This document shows positions 25,921 to 36,471 of a stretch of 45,923 nucleotides of DNA, in pieces. This stretch comes from a virus. Its lineage: Duplodnaviria > Caudoviricetes. The notes under the pieces were generated by a model. That model made no database searches. It was not told the origin of the DNA and saw only the letters and a list, made by a program, of their open reading frames with translations. The stretch's first letter is position 1. Each line of letters begins with the position of its first letter. The stretch covers positions 1-45,923 of the IMG/VR virus record IMGVR_UViG_3300028588_000788; one strand, 5' to 3'. Both the position numbers and the translations under genes were made by a program.

Positions 25921-26247
25921 ATGAACCAACAAGACTTGCGCCAGGCATCGCCGAGTGCGCCCACGGCGCTGCACGTCGATCAGGCCATGCTCGACCTGGG
26001 CGATGCAATCGCAGCCAATGCTGATGTGGTCCGCGCGCTGCTGCGTCGAATCGATCCGCTGCTGGCGAAGCCGGCGATCATCACCGGAACGATCAATGCC
26101 TGCGGCTTCGGAGGTGCGCAGGTCGCAGCGGTTCTTTCGCTGTCGCCGGGCAAGGCTCCGCTGGCTGCTGCCATCGAAGACCGCGGCGCGAGTATTGCGG
26201 CCCTCACAAAAGAAGTGATCGAAGCGCTCGACGCGCTGCAGGTCTAA
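25921..26247 (+). CDS. Hypothetical protein
   Basis: GGAG SD, ATG at 25921. Confidence 0.6.
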   Translation: MNQQDLRQASPSAPTALHVDQAMLDLGDAIAANADVVRALLRRIDPLLAKPAIITGTINACGFGGAQVAAVLSLSPGKAPLAAAIEDRGASIAALTKEVIEALDALQV

Positions 26248-26359
26248 GTCAACAAGGAATCGCCATGCGCATGAGCGTTGAATCCGAACTGGCCTGGCTG
26301 CGCTTCGTGATGCAGATGTTGCTGGAAGACGGCGTGGTCGAACGCATGCGGCGGGATGC

Positions 26360-26650
26360 ATGAATATCGCTGACATCTACCGCGCCGAGATCCTGCGCGC
26401 CGCGTTTGGCCCGCGCTACAGCGAGCTCAAGGCGCACGACATCGCGCACCTGAATCGCATCGCCGGGATCCTGGCTGAAGCGGAAGCTGCGAAGGAGGCG
26501 CTCCAGGCCAAAGGCTACGGCCGCGGCGGCCGGACGTTCATTGAGCTGACGCGCGAGGTGCCGGACAACTCGCCTGCCTTGCTGGCCAAGATGTTCGCAC
26601 CGCGCACGCCAACCCACTACCCGGTCCCGGCCCAGCGCCGCAAGCCATGA
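26360..26650 (+). CDS. Hypothetical protein
   Basis: 96 aa, in operon orientation. Confidence 0.6.
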   Translation: MNIADIYRAEILRAAFGPRYSELKAHDIAHLNRIAGILAEAEAAKEALQAKGYGRGGRTFIELTREVPDNSPALLAKMFAPRTPTHYPVPAQRRKP

Positions 26651-26813
26651 CTGGCCCGACCTGGTTTGCACTGGCCGCTGCGCTCGGCTTCATGGCTGCG
26701 CCTAGCCTGGCCTTCATCGGCGCGCTGGCCTTCGTCCTGTCGCAGCTGGATCGCCGCCGCTATGTGCGGCGCTTGCATCGGATGCGCCGCGGCTGAATCA
26801 ATAACTGGAGCGC

Positions 26814-27185
26814 ATGATGAACAAGCCTATCCCCACGCAAAGAATCGGCGCCGACCTGGTCAAAGCTCTCGGCCTGCCGAAGATGACGACGAGCTTCACG
26901 CTGCGCGTTGCCGCGGGCGAGATCGTCACAGTGTCCTGCGAGTATTACCCTGAAGATGGCGGCATCGTGCCGGCACTGGCCGTCTATGACCTGATCGAGC
27001 GCCCAGCGCAGCAGTCGTCGCCGGCGCCCGATCCGGCGTCGCAGCACTTCGACACCTGGATGCGCGACTGCACCGAGCTTGCGCACCGCGAGTTCATGGA
27101 GCGCACTGCGAACCTGCCGCGATGCGATGGGCGCGAGTCGCTGGCCGAGAAGCTCAAGCGCTACTTCGGCGATCGCGAGTACTGA
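26814..27185 (+). CDS. Hypothetical protein
   Basis: GGAG SD; overlaps the HNH start. Confidence 0.65.
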   Translation: MMNKPIPTQRIGADLVKALGLPKMTTSFTLRVAAGEIVTVSCEYYPEDGGIVPALAVYDLIERPAQQSSPAPDPASQHFDTWMRDCTELAHREFMERTANLPRCDGRESLAEKLKRYFGDREY

Positions 27186-27511
27186 TGCCCAAGCTGCATA
27201 CCCTCAAGCCTCGCCTGCAGGCTGCTGGCAGTCGCTTGCAGGTGCTGACGCCAGCGCGGCCCGACACGGTCGAGCGCGTGCGCGGCTGGCGAGGCGTCAA
27301 GGACCGGGACCGCATCCGCGAGCGTGACTGCGGTCTGTGCCAGGAGTGCTTGCGGCAGAGCCGCACATCCATCGGCGTGGCGGTCGACCACATCAAACCG
27401 CTGTGGGACCAGGGGACCGACGACGATTCGAACAAGGAGCTGCTCTGCCAGCCCTGCCACGATGCCAAGACGGCGCGCGAGGCGAAGGATCGGGCGCGCC
27501 GCGGCCTGTAG
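27185..27511 (+). CDS. Terminase-associated HNH endonuclease (HK97 gp74-like)
   Basis: RD..LCQEC...VDHIKPL..G.DD.SN..LLC..CH..KT; directly before terS. Confidence 0.88.
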   Translation: MPKLHTLKPRLQAAGSRLQVLTPARPDTVERVRGWRGVKDRDRIRERDCGLCQECLRQSRTSIGVAVDHIKPLWDQGTDDDSNKELLCQPCHDAKTAREAKDRARRGL

Positions 27512-27606
27512 GCCGAAGGGGCAGGGGGTAGTGTAAAGCTTGCAACCCTTTCGCGACCGACACCGCACTGTCTCTCATTCGCGGAAAAAATCTCCCTTGG
27601 AGGAAT
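27512..27606. other. Probable cos/packaging-site region
   Basis: Short intergenic gap between HNH and terS with G-runs; this is the usual position of cos in HK97-like phages. Confidence 0.5.
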
Positions 27607-27612
27607 TTGTTA

Positions 27613-28089
27613 ATGGCTTTAACAGGCAAAAAGCGAGCCTTCGCCGATGCCGTTTTGGCCGGGTTCTCGAATAAGGAAGCGGCGATTCGCGCCGGCTTCA
27701 GTGAAAAAACTGCGTCGGCCGCCGGGTCCCGAAATGTTAAAGACCCGGATGTTAAAGCCTACCTCGAAAAGCACCGTGCGGCCGTTGCCGAAAAGACAGC
27801 CGCCACCGGCAAGGCGCCGCCTCCATCAGCGCCGCCAGGCGATGACTTAATTGACATCCCTCCAACTGCCGACCCGATCGAATTCCTCACCACGATCATG
27901 AACGAGCCGGCGGCCGACCTTCGTTTTCGGATCGATGCCGCCAAGGCCATGCTGCCATTCAAGCATCAGAAGCTGGGTGAGGGCGGTAAAAAAGACCAGA
28001 AGCAGGATGCGGCCAAGAAGGTCGGCGCCGGTAAATTCGCCGCCGCGGCGCCGCCGAAACTCGTCGCTGCCGGCGGAAAGAAGGTTTAA
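27613..28089 (+). CDS. terS: Terminase small subunit
   Basis: LT.KK.AF......SNKEAAIRAGFS..TA...GSR HTH; precedes terL. Confidence 0.9.
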   Translation: MALTGKKRAFADAVLAGFSNKEAAIRAGFSEKTASAAGSRNVKDPDVKAYLEKHRAAVAEKTAATGKAPPPSAPPGDDLIDIPPTADPIEFLTTIMNEPAADLRFRIDAAKAMLPFKHQKLGEGGKKDQKQDAAKKVGAGKFAAAAPPKLVAAGGKKV

Positions 28090-29763
28090 ATGCCGGACTG
28101 GACAACTGCCTGCCCTGACTGGGCGGCTCGCCTGCTCGCGGGCGAAACAATCATTCCTTCGCCTATCTTTCCTGAACAGGCCGAGCAGGCGCTCGCAATC
28201 TTCAAGGAACTCAAGATTGTTGACGCGCCTGGCAGCCCGACCTTCGGTGAGTCCTGTGCCGAGTGGGTGTTTGACCTGGTGCGCTGCATTTTCGGCGCGT
28301 ACGACGCCGAGAGCGGACGCCGCCTTATCGTTGAATTTTTTGTGCTTCTGCCAAAAAAGAACTCGAAGTCGACGGTAGCGGCCGGAATCATGCTGACGGC
28401 GCTGATCCTGAACTGGCGCCAGTCTGCCGAGTTCTCGGTGCTGGCGCCGACGGTTGAGGTGGCAAACAACGCATACACGCCAGCGCGCGACATGGTCCAA
28501 AAGGACGAGGAGCTCGACGCGCTGATGCATGTGCAGTCGCACGAAAAAAAGATCACGCACCGCGAAAGCAACTCGATCCTCAAGGTGCTGGCCGCCGACC
28601 AGAACACGGTGGGTGGCAAGAAGTCGGTCGGCACGCTGGTCGACGAGCTGCACCTGTTTGGCAAGATGTCGAGCGCGGAGAACATGTTCCGCGAGGCCCT
28701 GGGCGGCTTGGCATCGCGGCCGGAAGGCTTCGTTATCTGGCTGACCACCCAGTCCGATGAGCCGCCGGCAGGGGTGTTCAAGCAGAAGCTCGAATATGCC
28801 CGCAAGGTGCGCGACGGCGAGATTATCGACCCGTCGTTTGTGCCGATCATCTTCGAGCATCCGCCGGAAATGGTGGCGTCGGGCGAGTGCCTGCTGCTCG
28901 AAAACATGGCGATGGTCAACCCGAACATCGGCTTCTCTGTCGACCGTGCGTTCCTGGAGCGCGAATTCACGAAGGCAGAGCAGGCCGGGCCCGAATCGTT
29001 CCGCGGATTCATGGCGAAGCACGCGAACGTCGAGATCGGTATGAATCTGCGCTCCGATCGCTGGGCCGGCGCCGATTGGTGGGCGCAGCAGGGCGTGCTG
29101 GGAAAGACCTTCTCATTGCAAGACCTGATCGAGCGCTCCGAAGTGGTCACGATGGGTGGCGACGGTGGCGGCCTGGACGACCTGCTGGGCCAGTACGCCA
29201 TCGGCCGCTGCAAGACGACTCGCCGCTGGCTCGGCTGGGCTCATGCCTGGGCTCACCCGTCCGTGCTGGAACGCCGGAAGGAGATCGCACCGCGGCTGCA
29301 GGACTTCGCACGCGACGGCCACCTGACCCTGGTCGAGCACATCGGCCAGGACATCGACCAGTTCGCCGCCAACGTCGCCATAGTCTACGAGGCTGGCGTG
29401 CTGGACAAGCTGGGCCTCGACCCGCAAGGAATCGGCGCCATTCTCGATGCACTTGAGATGGGTGGCGTGCCGGCTGACAAGATCATCGGTATCACGCAAG
29501 GCTGGAAACTGACCAGCCCGATCAAAACTGCTGAGCGAAAGCTCGCCGAGGGCGTGCTGGTGCACGGCGGCCAGCCGCTCATGGCCTGGTGCGTCAGCAA
29601 CGCCAAGATCGTGCCGAGCGCGAACGCGGTGTTGATCACGAAACAAGCCTCCGGTACCGGGAAGATCGACCCGCTGATGGCGATGCTGAATGCGGTCTAT
29701 CTCATGTCGCTAAATCCCGTCGCGTCGTCCGGCGAAATTACCCAGGGCTTCGTCGTCCTGTAA
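28090..29763 (+). CDS. terL: Terminase large subunit
   Basis: Walker A PKKNSKST, Walker B LVDELH, nuclease DGGGLDDL and KIDPLMA. Confidence 0.95.
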   Translation: MPDWTTACPDWAARLLAGETIIPSPIFPEQAEQALAIFKELKIVDAPGSPTFGESCAEWVFDLVRCIFGAYDAESGRRLIVEFFVLLPKKNSKSTVAAGIMLTALILNWRQSAEFSVLAPTVEVANNAYTPARDMVQKDEELDALMHVQSHEKKITHRESNSILKVLAADQNTVGGKKSVGTLVDELHLFGKMSSAENMFREALGGLASRPEGFVIWLTTQSDEPPAGVFKQKLEYARKVRDGEIIDPSFVPIIFEHPPEMVASGECLLLENMAMVNPNIGFSVDRAFLEREFTKAEQAGPESFRGFMAKHANVEIGMNLRSDRWAGADWWAQQGVLGKTFSLQDLIERSEVVTMGGDGGGLDDLLGQYAIGRCKTTRRWLGWAHAWAHPSVLERRKEIAPRLQDFARDGHLTLVEHIGQDIDQFAANVAIVYEAGVLDKLGLDPQGIGAILDALEMGGVPADKIIGITQGWKLTSPIKTAERKLAEGVLVHGGQPLMAWCVSNAKIVPSANAVLITKQASGTGKIDPLMAMLNAVYLMSLNPVASSGEITQGFVVL

Positions 29764-29771
29764 GGAATCAC

Positions 29772-31058
29772 ATGGAAATATTCGATGCGCTGGTCGCCAC
29801 CCAGCACTGGCGGCAGGAGCCTGCGCGTCGCGAAGATGCGGAAATCTCCAATCAGACGCAATACTCGCCGGAGGTGATGGAGGCGTTTGGCGTCTCGCCC
29901 GCCGGAACAACGGTATCGGCGACCTCGGCGATGCGCGTGTCGGCAGCTGCGGCGTGCGTCGCAAAAATCGCCGGCGCGATGATCAGCATGCCAGTCAACG
30001 AGTTCTCGCTCGATGGCGGCGCGATTCCGGCCATGCTGCCCCGCAGCGAAACCTGGTATCTACTGAATGAGCAGCCCAGCCCTCAGTACACTGCAGCGTC
30101 GATGTGGGAGGGCGTCAGTATGGCGCAGCTGCTGCGCGGCGATGCGTTTGGACTGCTGCGCTGGCGCATGAATGGCTCGCTGCGCGAGATCCTGCCACTG
30201 CCGTGGGGGTGTGTATCACCGATTCGCACGCCTAGTGAGGGTGTTCGCTATTACGTGAACTCTCCCGCCCATGGTATCTGCACCTGGGTTGAGCCCTCCG
30301 ATATCCTGCATTTTCCAGGCCTGGGCTTCGACGATTCGACCATGCGGTCGATGTCGGTGATTCAGTTCGGCGCCCGCGCCGCGATCGGTAACGCGCTGGC
30401 GATGGATGAATACAGCGGCAAGTTCTTCGAGGGCGGTGCGCACCCGTCGATCATCCTGTCCTCCGAAAAGAAGATGGACGAGGGGCAGGTCCGGGCAATG
30501 CAGGCCGCATTTGCGAGTCGTTACGCCGGCTTGGCAAATGCCCATCGCCTGCCGCTGGTTCTCACCGAGGGCATCTCGGCCAAAGAGCTGAGTCTATCGG
30601 CCGAAGATGCGCAGCTGCTCGAAGCGCGCAAGTTTCAGGTGATGGACATCGCCCGGGCGTTCGGCGTGCCGGGTTTCATGATCAACGAATCGACCGGATC
30701 CACCAGCTGGGGCACCGGCCTGGAGTCGATCGGTCGCGCTTTCGTCCAGTACACGCTGAACCCCTGGCTTCGCAAGATCGAGCAGGAGTTGAATCGCAAG
30801 CTCTACCCGCGGAACAACGGCCGCTTCCTCGAGTTCCAGCGCGAGGCGCTTTACGAAGGTGACATCAAGGCGCAAGCCGAAGCAGATCGCGCTGCGCTGG
30901 GCGGGCCTGGTGCTGGCGACGGCTGGAAGACGATGAACGAAGTGCGCCGCGCACGCCGCCTGGCGCCAATTCCTGGTGGCGACGAAATCTACCGCGCACC
31001 GCGTGACCCGGGCAAAAAGCCCGACCAACCGCAACCGAAGGGCGAGCCAGCCGAATGA
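29772..31058 (+). CDS. Portal protein, HK97 family
   Basis: LLRGDAF, DILHF, DAQLLEARKFQV.DIARAFGVP, IEQELNRKL, T.NEVR. Confidence 0.95.
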   Translation: MEIFDALVATQHWRQEPARREDAEISNQTQYSPEVMEAFGVSPAGTTVSATSAMRVSAAAACVAKIAGAMISMPVNEFSLDGGAIPAMLPRSETWYLLNEQPSPQYTAASMWEGVSMAQLLRGDAFGLLRWRMNGSLREILPLPWGCVSPIRTPSEGVRYYVNSPAHGICTWVEPSDILHFPGLGFDDSTMRSMSVIQFGARAAIGNALAMDEYSGKFFEGGAHPSIILSSEKKMDEGQVRAMQAAFASRYAGLANAHRLPLVLTEGISAKELSLSAEDAQLLEARKFQVMDIARAFGVPGFMINESTGSTSWGTGLESIGRAFVQYTLNPWLRKIEQELNRKLYPRNNGRFLEFQREALYEGDIKAQAEADRAALGGPGAGDGWKTMNEVRRARRLAPIPGGDEIYRAPRDPGKKPDQPQPKGEPAE

Positions 31059-31846
31059 GCAAAATTCTCCAACTGTACCGCGACAACGCCAAGCGCTCGC
31101 CGCAGCCGGTCAACCTGGTGCGCAATGCCGGCGAGGCCTCGCTCTACATCTACGATGTCATCGACTCGTACTGGGGCGTCAGTGCCGTCAACGTGATCGA
31201 TGCCGTCACGCAGGCCGGTGACGCTGAGGTCCTGCACGTCTACATCAACAGCCCGGGCGGCGATGTGTTCGAGGGCCGCGCCATCATGGCGGCGCTGGCG
31301 CGCTTCCAGGGTAAGACCATCGCGCACATCGACAGCCTGTGCGCGAGCGCGGCGACCAGCATCGCGCTGGCCTGCAACGAGGTCGAGATGTCGGACGGCG
31401 CGTTCTTCATGATCCACAACGCCAGTTGTATCGCATGGGGCGACAAGGGCGCGCTGCGCGAACAGGCGAACGTGCTCGAAAAAATCGAGGGCGCGATCGT
31501 CGCTGACTATATCGCCAAGACGGGCAAGGGCGAGGCGGAAGTCGTCGCCTGGATGGATGCGGAAACCTGGTTCTCGGCCGCCGAGGCGCTCGAAAACGGC
31601 TTTGTCGACCGCGTTACCGAAGCGCCGGCCGGCAAGGCGAAGGCTAGCAACGTCTGGAACCTTGCTGCCTACTCGCGCGCACCGGCCAACGTCGCCGCCC
31701 CTGCGGCGCCGGTGGTGACTCCGCCAGCCCCGCCTGCCGCCGCGCCGCCAGTGGTCGAGCCGGATCCGGTCGACGCGGCGCCCACCGGCCCTCGCATGAC
31801 CCGGGCGAACGCCAACCGCCTCGCACTTCTGCAAGCAACTTCGTAA
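31055..31846 (+). CDS. ClpP-like prohead maturation protease
   Basis: INSPGGDVF, CASAATSI, FMIHN, ETWFSA.EA...GF.D. Confidence 0.93.
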   Translation: MSKILQLYRDNAKRSPQPVNLVRNAGEASLYIYDVIDSYWGVSAVNVIDAVTQAGDAEVLHVYINSPGGDVFEGRAIMAALARFQGKTIAHIDSLCASAATSIALACNEVEMSDGAFFMIHNASCIAWGDKGALREQANVLEKIEGAIVADYIAKTGKGEAEVVAWMDAETWFSAAEALENGFVDRVTEAPAGKAKASNVWNLAAYSRAPANVAAPAAPVVTPPAPPAAAPPVVEPDPVDAAPTGPRMTRANANRLALLQATS

Positions 31847-31891
31847 CGCTTCTCGCGCTACACCCGCCGAGGCCGGACGCCTCGCCATCCT

Positions 31892-31920
31892 GGGAGCCCA
31901 AGCGGCTCCCTTTTCTATTT
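31892..31920 (+). terminator. Hairpin/terminator between protease and capsid genes
   Basis: GGGAGCC-caagc-GGCTCCC-TTTTCT. Confidence 0.55.
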
Positions 31921-31930
31921 AAGGAACCAC

Positions 31931-33124
31931 ATGTCCGTGACCATCCAAGCCCTGCGCGAGAAGATCTCAAACTTCGCAACGCAGGCAAACCACCTGATCG
32001 GCGAAAAAGGCGACCAAGCCTGGTCCCCGGAGGAGCAAGCCAAGTTCGATGGCTTTACCAACGAGATCAACGCTGCGCGCCAGATGATCTCCAATCTCGA
32101 GCGCATGCGCGAGCTGGAAGCCGACAAGTTCTTCCAGAATGCCGGCCCGAAAAAGGACGACGGTGTCGAAGTGACGGCTCTCGTCGCGTGCGCGCTCTAC
32201 CTGCGCAACGGTACCAACCTGACTGCCGAGCAGGCCACCCAGGTGCGCAACGCCATGTCGACGACTACTGGCAGCGAAGGTGGCTTCACCGTGCCCGCCG
32301 AAGTCGCCTCGATGGTGATCGATCGCCTGAAGGCCTACGGTGGCATGCGCGAAGTCGCAACCATCATGCCGACCAACACCGGCGACCAAATGAACTGGCC
32401 GACTTCGGACGGCACCGGTGAAGAGGGCGAGATCGTCTCGGAAAACGCCCAGACCAACGTCTTAGACGTCTCGTTTGGCACCGTCGCGCTGCCGGTCTAC
32501 AACTACTCTTCGAAGGCCGTGGCACTGCCGCTGCAGCTGATCAACGACAGCGCCGTCGATGTCGTTGCCTTCGTCGTGAATCGCCTGGCCGTGCGGATCG
32601 CTCGCATCCAGAATCGCCACTACACCACCGGTACTGGCACCGGCCAGCCGCTCGGCATGCTGACCGTTGCCGGCGTCGGCAAAGCCGCTCCCACCGGTCA
32701 AACGCTGATCGTTACCTACGACGACCTGGTCGACCTGAAGCACTCGGTCAACCGCGCGTACCGCAAGGGCGCGAAGTACATGATGAACGACACGACCGTC
32801 GCTGGCGTCTCGAAGATCAAGGACACCGTCGGTCGTCCGATCTGGATCCCGGCCATTACCGAAGGCGCGCCGGACATGCTGAATGGCCACTCGGTCGCGA
32901 TCAACGACGACGTGCCGGCGATGGCAGCCAACGCCAAATCGATCGCGTTCGGCGACTTCTCGCAGTACACCATCCGCGACGTCAAGAACAGCACGATCAT
33001 GCGTCGCTTCGACGACTCGCCGTTCGCGCTGAAGGGTCAGGCCGGCTTCTGCGGCTGGATGCGCTCCGGCGGCAACCTGCTCGAGCCGGCGGCCATCAAG
33101 GTCTACCAGAACAGCGCAACCTGA
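31931..33124 (+). CDS. Major capsid protein, HK97 fold
   Basis: N-terminal coiled-coil delta domain; GGFTVP, GTGTGQPLG, IKDTVGRPIW, IAFGDFS. Confidence 0.95.
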   Translation: MSVTIQALREKISNFATQANHLIGEKGDQAWSPEEQAKFDGFTNEINAARQMISNLERMRELEADKFFQNAGPKKDDGVEVTALVACALYLRNGTNLTAEQATQVRNAMSTTTGSEGGFTVPAEVASMVIDRLKAYGGMREVATIMPTNTGDQMNWPTSDGTGEEGEIVSENAQTNVLDVSFGTVALPVYNYSSKAVALPLQLINDSAVDVVAFVVNRLAVRIARIQNRHYTTGTGTGQPLGMLTVAGVGKAAPTGQTLIVTYDDLVDLKHSVNRAYRKGAKYMMNDTTVAGVSKIKDTVGRPIWIPAITEGAPDMLNGHSVAINDDVPAMAANAKSIAFGDFSQYTIRDVKNSTIMRRFDDSPFALKGQAGFCGWMRSGGNLLEPAAIKVYQNSAT

Positions 33125-33175
33125 TCGTAATCGGCGGCCGACCGCGCGTCGGCCGCCATCACCGGAGATACCAAC

Positions 33176-33337
33176 ATGGCAGAAGCCAAAAAAGTGAAAG
33201 CGCGCGTCTTGGTCGACGGCGCGCTCGGAAAGTGCAACGACGTGATCGAGATCGATCCGGCCCAGGCGAAATCGCTGGCCGGTGTGGTCGATACCGATCC
33301 GGAAGCGGTCGCCTACGCGGAATCGCTCGCGAAGTAA
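33176..33337 (+). CDS. Small post-capsid protein (53 aa, not in ORF track)
   Basis: MAEAKKVKARVLVDG...AVAYAESLAK; GGAG SD. Confidence 0.7.
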   Translation: MAEAKKVKARVLVDGALGKCNDVIEIDPAQAKSLAGVVDTDPEAVAYAESLAK

Positions 33338-33427
33338 CCCCATGAAGCCCGCGACCGCCGCCTGGCTCGCCCGCGTGCGCGCCGGCCGGCGGCTTCCGCT
33401 CGTTCGAACACCCTGTCGGAGATCGAC

Positions 33428-33715
33428 ATGATCCACCTGACGATGACCCCCGAGACATTCAGCGTCCGCGCATATGACCGGGCTGACGGCTACGAAAAGC
33501 GGCTGCCGTACCGGGCCATCGTGCAGGTGAAGAGCCTCGACGGAAAAGTCGCCCACCTGGGCGGCGCGATAGGCACGGTCGATCGCGAGACCTGGGGTGC
33601 GCTGCTCGTTCTGCTGCGCGAGAAGGGCTTCACCGCGGTGATGCTCGAGCGGCACAAGAAAATCAAAACCATCACGCTGGGCCCGGCCGATGCCGACCAG
33701 CCAACCGAATTCTGA
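33428..33715 (+). CDS. Hypothetical protein
   Basis: GGAG SD, 95 aa. Confidence 0.6.
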   Translation: MIHLTMTPETFSVRAYDRADGYEKRLPYRAIVQVKSLDGKVAHLGGAIGTVDRETWGALLVLLREKGFTAVMLERHKKIKTITLGPADADQPTEF

Positions 33716-33724
33716 AAGGCCGCC

Positions 33725-34150
33725 ATGGCATCGACTGCATACGACAGCTACCTCGACGACGTCCTGGCCGGCAACATCACCAAGGGCGACACGTATTACG
33801 TGATGCTGGTCGGCTCGGGCTACACCGAGAACAAAGGCGCACACACCAAGCGTTCGGACATCACCAGCGAGGTGAGTGGTACCGGCTACAGCGCCGGCGG
33901 CCAGGCCATCGTGCCGACCTTCGCCAAGGACACGACCAACCACCGGGTTGTCGTCACGTTCCCGCAGGTCGCCTGGCCCAATTCGACCATCACCGCGCGC
34001 AAGGCCGTGTACTACAAGCGCCGCGGTGGTGCGGCATCTGCCGATGAGCTGGTCTGCGTCGACGACTTCGGCGCCGATGTCGCCACCAGCGCGGGCACGT
34101 TCACGCTGAGCGCAACCGCCATCACCATCAATACCCCGGCCCCGGTATGA
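33725..34150 (+). CDS. Putative virion structural protein (beta-rich)
   Basis: EVSGTGYSAGG, W..STITAR.AV.Y, DFGADV....GTFT. Confidence 0.65.
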   Translation: MASTAYDSYLDDVLAGNITKGDTYYVMLVGSGYTENKGAHTKRSDITSEVSGTGYSAGGQAIVPTFAKDTTNHRVVVTFPQVAWPNSTITARKAVYYKRRGGAASADELVCVDDFGADVATSAGTFTLSATAITINTPAPV

Positions 34151-36468
34151 AATTCTTCGACCGCGTAAAGACCATCACGACGACGGCCGGCACTGGCGCG
34201 GTTACCTGCAGCGCGAGCGCGGTTTCGGCCGAGCTGCGCACGCTGGCCACCGCCGGCGGCGCCATGGGTGACGTGTTCCCGTATGCAATCGGCATCGCTG
34301 GTTCTGCTGAGTGGGAAGAGGGGCTTGGCACGATCACGGCAATCAGTTCCGGTGCGGTCACCTTCTCGCGCACGCCGACGTCTAGTTCGAACAGCAATGC
34401 GCTGGTCAACTTCAGCGCCGGCACCAAGGAAGTGGTGTGCACGCCGGCCGGCGCGACGCTGGGGAAGTGGGACAATGGCACCTCGGCGCGCGTAGTTTTC
34501 ACGTCGTCCGTCTGCGTCAGCGATGCGGATCTGTCGCTGGGGTCGACGACTTTTGGCGTCGACCAGACCGCAAAAATCAATGCGCTGCTCGACCTGGCTC
34601 AGAATGGGCCGCTGCTCCTGATCGTTGATGGCGCCTATGGTATCGGCGCGACATCCTCGACCACAGCGCTCCGCGTGCGCAGCAACACCACGATTCGCTG
34701 CTTGCCCGGGTGCGGGTTTATCATGCGCGCGGAGCAGCTCGTTCCGATGCTGCGCAATTACAACCCGACTGTCACCCCGGGCAACGTGGTCGACCGCAAT
34801 ATCCGGATCGAGGGCGGCATCTGGAACGCGAATGGCTACAACCAGTCGAATAAGGAAACTGCCGCAAACGGCGGCATCTTCACGCTCGACTTCGTCGGCG
34901 TCAACGATCTGTTCTGCGGCGCCGGGATGCAAATCCTGCAAAGCAAAGCATTCGCTTGGCACGCCGCCAATGTCATCCGCGCCACCATCGATGACTTCCT
35001 GATCGATCCCGGCGCTGCCGCTTGGGCCAACACCGACGGCGTCCACTTCAACGGCCCGTGCCGGGATGTCACGGTGTCGCGCGGCACGATTCGGAACTGC
35101 TTCGACGACTGCATCGCGTTCAACGCGGACGATGCCTATGGTGGCGGTGGCAATTACGGCCCCTACCAGCCGCGGGGCGACATCATCGGCGTCACGGTGC
35201 GCGACATCTGGCTTGAGGCCAAAGAAACGGGTATCCGCCTGCTGTCGGGTGGTTCGCGCATCGACCAGGTGGATATTCGCAACGTCAAAGGCACGTCCGG
35301 CTCGTATGGTCTCGTAGTGAATAATTTCGACCCAGCCGTAATGGTGACGTCGGGCAGCGGGAACATCGGCTCCGTCTCCGTTGAAGCCTGGGATGTTCAG
35401 TCGATCAATGGTCACTACACCAACATCACAGCGATGATGAGCTTCGGCTGTTATGTCGAACAGGTGGCGATCAGGAATTACAACCGCTCCAGATTCGACA
35501 GCAGCATTTATTCGGCGGTCGAGTTCGCCAGTGGCTGCAATATCGGGCAATTGCTCATCGACGGCTATAAATCGTCGGCGTACAAAGGCGGGACTTACCT
35601 TACTGGCCAATTCAAATTCCGCAGCGGCGCGCACGTCGGCCAGGCTTTGATCGTCAACAGCATCTTCAATGCGTCTTCGGCGGTCGCTGGCTATCCGATC
35701 GAAATTGACTCCGGCGCGACTATCGATCAGCTTGTCCTACTGAACAACGTCGGTCGGCGCTTTACGGATTTCGTTCTGAACAACGGTACCGTAACGAACA
35801 TGCACGCGCCGGCAGCCGCGAACTTCATGGACGGCGGGTCAAACGGTGTCGCGAGCACCTGGATGCTGCAAACCGGTACGCCGTGGGCCGAAGATACCTC
35901 TGTTCCAGGTTCGCTTACCTACACCACGTCGAAATCGGGCGTGGTGGCATCGGCGAAAAAAATCGCCTCCGATGCTCTCAGTGGGAATGCCGGGCTTTCG
36001 GCCAGGGTGCGGTTCAACAATTACTCGGGGCCTGGCGGGCTGCACGCGGCATTGATCCTGCGTGGCGCAAATATGGTGCCCTGGTCCGGCGTTACTTCGG
36101 GCTATGCGGTCGACATGTATCTCGAAAGCGGCGGCGGCATCAAGCTGTTCAAGATATCCGGCGGCTCGCAGCCTACGATAGGCACGGCAATGACCGTGCC
36201 GTTTGCGAGCAACACCGATTACGACCTGACGCTGACAACGAAAACCGTCAGCGGGGCAACAACCATTTCGATTACGGTGCGGCGCGTGTCGGACGGTCTG
36301 TATTTGCAGGGCAGCGGCTCATGGTCCAGCACTGCCGCAGCAGCGATTAGCACCTCGGACACATCGATTGCGGCGGCATCTGGCGAGTGGGGCGTTTATG
36401 CGTACAACGAAGCAAGTTCAGGCGCATCGATCGCGTTCACCAATATCGCAATCGCTGCGGCGCCATAA
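34147..36468 (+). CDS. Fibre/spike protein with GH28/pectin-lyase-like parallel beta-helix (putative depolymerase)
   Basis: N-terminal DRVK..TTT.GTG module; NTDGVHF and DDCIAF motifs; C-terminal beta-rich domain. Confidence 0.75.
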   Translation: MKFFDRVKTITTTAGTGAVTCSASAVSAELRTLATAGGAMGDVFPYAIGIAGSAEWEEGLGTITAISSGAVTFSRTPTSSSNSNALVNFSAGTKEVVCTPAGATLGKWDNGTSARVVFTSSVCVSDADLSLGSTTFGVDQTAKINALLDLAQNGPLLLIVDGAYGIGATSSTTALRVRSNTTIRCLPGCGFIMRAEQLVPMLRNYNPTVTPGNVVDRNIRIEGGIWNANGYNQSNKETAANGGIFTLDFVGVNDLFCGAGMQILQSKAFAWHAANVIRATIDDFLIDPGAAAWANTDGVHFNGPCRDVTVSRGTIRNCFDDCIAFNADDAYGGGGNYGPYQPRGDIIGVTVRDIWLEAKETGIRLLSGGSRIDQVDIRNVKGTSGSYGLVVNNFDPAVMVTSGSGNIGSVSVEAWDVQSINGHYTNITAMMSFGCYVEQVAIRNYNRSRFDSSIYSAVEFASGCNIGQLLIDGYKSSAYKGGTYLTGQFKFRSGAHVGQALIVNSIFNASSAVAGYPIEIDSGATIDQLVLLNNVGRRFTDFVLNNGTVTNMHAPAAANFMDGGSNGVASTWMLQTGTPWAEDTSVPGSLTYTTSKSGVVASAKKIASDALSGNAGLSARVRFNNYSGPGGLHAALILRGANMVPWSGVTSGYAVDMYLESGGGIKLFKISGGSQPTIGTAMTVPFASNTDYDLTLTTKTVSGATTISITVRRVSDGLYLQGSGSWSSTAAAAISTSDTSIAAASGEWGVYAYNEASSGASIAFTNIAIAAAP

Positions 36469-36471
36469 ACC

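Noticed and set aside
34012-35634. Long antisense ORFs (540 aa here; also 4510-6150, 32462-33943, 19479-20765)
   Set aside because: They lie opposite well-supported genes and have no motifs, as expected from high-GC codon bias
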